Source of the DNA: Selaginella moellendorffii
Taxonomy: Eukaryota; Plantae; Lycopodiophyta
NCBI RefSeq assembly: GCF_000143415.4
Contig: NW_003314278.1
Coordinates: 1,748,362 to 1,812,361, forward strand
DNA length: 64,000 bases
Reading direction: 5' to 3'
Shown: positions 61,066 through 64,000 of the stretch, piece by piece
How the letters are laid out: the number at the start of each line of letters is the position of its first letter
Position numbering within the stretch: the first letter of the stretch is position 1
Translations under genes and position numbers: made by a program
Notes under the pieces: generated by a model
What the model saw: only the letters and a program-made list of their open reading frames with translations
Databases searched by the model: none
Told to the model about the DNA's origin: nothing

Positions 61066-61598
61066 ATGACCGCTCACAAAATCCAGCTCATCGCATGCTT
61101 GTTCCTCTTTCTCGCTCTTGGGCTTGCCACTCCCACGGAATGGAGGACACCACCTTCCTCTGCTTCCTGGTAAGTTGCTCTAGATAGTGAATCAAGTCGA
61201 AGTGTTCCAGTCAAACTGCCAGTTGTTGCTGCAGATCCCTTGGTAAGTCCAGTGGAAGATTCTTTCTGAGCTTCAGCGTTTCTGATCCGATGATGACCAC
61301 CGCAGTTTTCTGGTTGGAGCCTATCGGTAAGGCTAATGAGCCGACGATCAATGTGTCTGTATGTGTTTGGCATTTGGTTCCGCAGGTGGTAGAGTTTTCG
61401 ACTGTCAGCTATGCGTGGACTGCTGCCGCGACTTCACTTGCATAATCCGCGGTGAACATTGCGAACAGTTTAACGGTCCGTACTCCTCTTTTCGTTGCTG
61501 CTTGATTCAATCTGCTTCCTCTTCGTCTTGCAGGCTTTTACTGTCCAGTGCAGCTTGAAGAATGCAACCGGAACTGCAACATGAAATGTTTAGTCTAA
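61066..61598 (+). CDS. Secreted cysteine-rich peptide gene, copy 3 (canonical exon1/2 join creates TGA; possible pseudogene)
   Basis: Exons 61066-61169, 61235-61242, 61306-61326, 61386-61451, 61534-61598; CQLCVDCCRDFTCIIRGFYCPVQLEECNRNCNMKCLV*. Confidence 0.6.
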
Positions 61599-62279
61599 CC
61601 AGCAAGCGAACTGGCTATACTTTACCTCGTAAATTCTTTGACTAGCTGTAGAAAATCTTCCATCGCTCGCAGCTGGTCTTAAATATCCAATATCGCAAAA
61701 CGCATGATTCGTTTCTATCAAATGTTTCGTTTTCTCGTGAACCCCAGCAGCATTGTCATGACTGAAGAACGCAGAAGTCTCGTCGTCTGGGATTTCGGAG
61801 AGACGTCGACATATCCGGACTTTCAGCCAGTCGTTCTCCCTCTGCCTTGTGATCTCGAAACATGCAGGTAGAACTCCGTGCACTCAGATTCGTGCAGTTT
61901 GCTTGCCATTTTTTCCTGTGCATACAGGGTGTTGGGGATGTCACTAACACGAAAGATCAAGACTGGCGAGACGGAAGGAAGGGGTTCTGCCAAAACAAAC
62001 AGTGAGGTTGGCGACATTAGAAACAGAAGCACAAGGTATAAGAAAATGCAATGCTGCTGACTTTTAAGACTGTCCAAGTGGAGAGTGATATAAAACATCA
62101 AGAAATACTCGTAAGAAACCTCTAGAGTCTGGGAAAAAAAACTTTTGGCGAGAAAAAGTCGAAATGTGTGGAGCAAGTTAAAGAATTAAAACCTTTGGTT
62201 TTAGCTTCAGAACTCTAAGTTTCTCGCTGGAGAAAAAAATATTCGGACTCCCTGTCAATCTGCTTTCCCGGAATATCAT

Positions 62280-63170
62280 CTACATTAGTCGCCCCACATA
62301 CAGACTCCTTGGGAAGCGCTCCTTGAGTTGAGGCCACTGGACGTAGAACAGATCCATGGCGTGAAGCCTGTATAGGATGAGGCCAGTGAGCGAGAGCTTC
62401 TGCACCCTGGCAATGCTTTCAATATACACCAGAGTCGCCCATTTCAGTCCCAAAACCTGCAAGCACGCAGTCCGTCCATCAAAATGTGATTTTTACTTCT
62501 TTTTCATTTTTCAACCTTCAACAAGAAAGCTGCGACGCAAACTGGCAGACAAGTCCCCGGTCCATTGCACAAAACCTGTGGACTTTTCTCAGCGACAAGG
62601 AGACAGCAAAAGAACTACGACTTGTCACTCACCACATCGGGTCTGATCCGGAAAACAACCCACAGAGCGTGGGCAATGGCCATCAAAGTCGTCACCACCG
62701 ACGTTAGATACGACTGCCCGACCTCGCGGCTCCTGTAAATCTGGAGGTAGTGCCGAGCACCTTGCAAACATCCATCCTAGCAAAGTATATCGATCCTCTC
62801 TCATCCTGCGTGATCCACAAATAGACCCACCAGAGTAGCAGCAGACGACGATTTCTCCTCCGCGGCCCGAGCTCTCGGCAAGCTCATGTTGTCACTCGCG
62901 GCAGCCAAGTATATCCTGGGGCTGTATCTCTCCGAACGAAGCATCTCCACGACGTTCAACATCTCAGCCGTGTGCCCGCCTAGGCAAAAACAGTAAGAAA
63001 GCTCTTCACAATGAGATTCTTCGTCGATTACCTGATCCAAGAACAACGAGGGTCTTGAAGGCCCGGCTGCCCGGCGCACGCGGCTTCCCGGTGAATGCGT
63101 AGACGACGAGCAATCTCCATAGCACAAGACCTACAGCTGCCCCGCAAAACAGAGGAAACCAATCCTCCAT
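62280..63170 (-). CDS. ALG14: UDP-GlcNAc transferase subunit ALG14, multi-exon
   Basis: TLVVLGS|GGHTAEML, YSPRIYLAAASDNMS, IYRSREVGQSY, CNGPGTC, YIESIARVQKLSLTG, FYVQWPQL. Confidence 0.93.
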
Positions 63171-64000
63171 TCCAACCTAGAACTAGAAAGACTCTAGGGC
63201 ATAGTATAACTTACATTTACATTAGAACAAAACTACACCATAGCATTAAACTCGATGATAAGCCCAAGCTTTCTGATGGTCCCATGATCCATCAATCTCC
63301 ATAGCTACAGCTAAGCTGATATCTAGATCAATCAAACCAGCAGTACCATCTCCCATTGTAGCTTGATCAGAGTAACCAACTCAACTCAGGATGATCCAGC
63401 AAAGCCATAGCTCTAGAATGGTCCTATCACTGAGGCTGTGTGGTACACTTTTGCTAGCTAGCTCACACACTGTGAGCCTGTGTGACACACACAAGACACA
63501 CTACACGCGGGAGAGCTTGCCTTTATTCCATTTCCTTCTTCTCTTTTGCCTGGCCAGGGGCCACCAACAACGATTGAGCTAATAACTCCAAAGCCAGAGC
63601 TGTCGCAATTCCCACACGTAGTTTTCTTCTTTTCAAGAACTACTGCAAGTAGTATTTAGTGATCGTTTTTTTGTCACTGTGATCATCAATTTCACTGCTG
63701 GAACTTCACAGGCCCTCTGTTGAAAGATCTAGCGCTACAAGCCAAGCTCTCTCAGGCCTGGTACTCTTTCTCGCGGGTCTCTTTTCAATCTTTTCTTCTC
63801 TGCTTTCTAGCGAGCAATCGCCCAAAACGAAAAGAGGGGAGGATTGAGACGGCAACTTCTCTAGAAGCATGGAGCCATCCATCGTCCGCTTTTCAGCCAG
63901 TCCTGTGCTCGCTCGCTCGCTTTGCTGTGTTAGCGACGAAAAACGATAGCTCGACAATGCGAAGCTGCCCTTTCTTTCTCTTATGTTTTATAAAGATGGC

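Larger units (their letters stand above)
58050..62080. repeat. Three tandem copies of a ~1.2-1.5 kb unit carrying the peptide genes
   Basis: Shared upstream (aaagacag..tgtga, ctctgggtatacatat) and downstream (ttgcgatctcgaaaca) blocks in each copy. Confidence 0.9.

Noticed and set aside
58594-61373. Repeated minus-strand ORFs (..CETKCQTHTDTLIVGSFSLTTWRRPENCG..)
   Set aside because: They are antisense to the spliced peptide genes, break differently in each copy, and the splice signals and Cys conservation are on +

Overview
Compact eukaryotic (land-plant) nuclear DNA with introns of about 50-80 bp, very short intergenic gaps and many intronless PLS-type PPR genes. This is most consistent with the lycophyte Selaginella (inference). 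Positions 1-21.5 kb are gene-dense: a P4-ATPase flippase (5'-partial, with an N gap), XRCC3, a UGT, two PPRs, a B3 factor, a CREST/ceramidase-like membrane protein, DUF506, ECR/CER10, MAEA and a TRM7/FtsJ methyltransferase. Positions 21.6-42.7 kb are mostly decayed: subtilase pseudogenes, a scrambled copy of the FKBP20-2 + PPR pair found intact at 44-46 kb, a Gypsy remnant, AT-rich ~500-bp tandem repeats, deletion-riddled RPN2 and vicilin/cupin copies and a frameshifted PPR, around one long PPR ORF. Positions 42.9-64 kb hold F-box/kelch, FKBP20-2, a PPR, an AT-rich TE-like zone with an orphan CPN20 exon, tRNA-Thr(CGU), an orphan His/Cys-rich ORF, CPSF100, a bHLH and ALG14. The best candidate for an undescribed system is invisible to the ORF track: a tandem triplet (58.4-61.6 kb) of five-exon, microexon-containing genes for secreted cysteine-rich peptides with an invariant 9-Cys scaffold.
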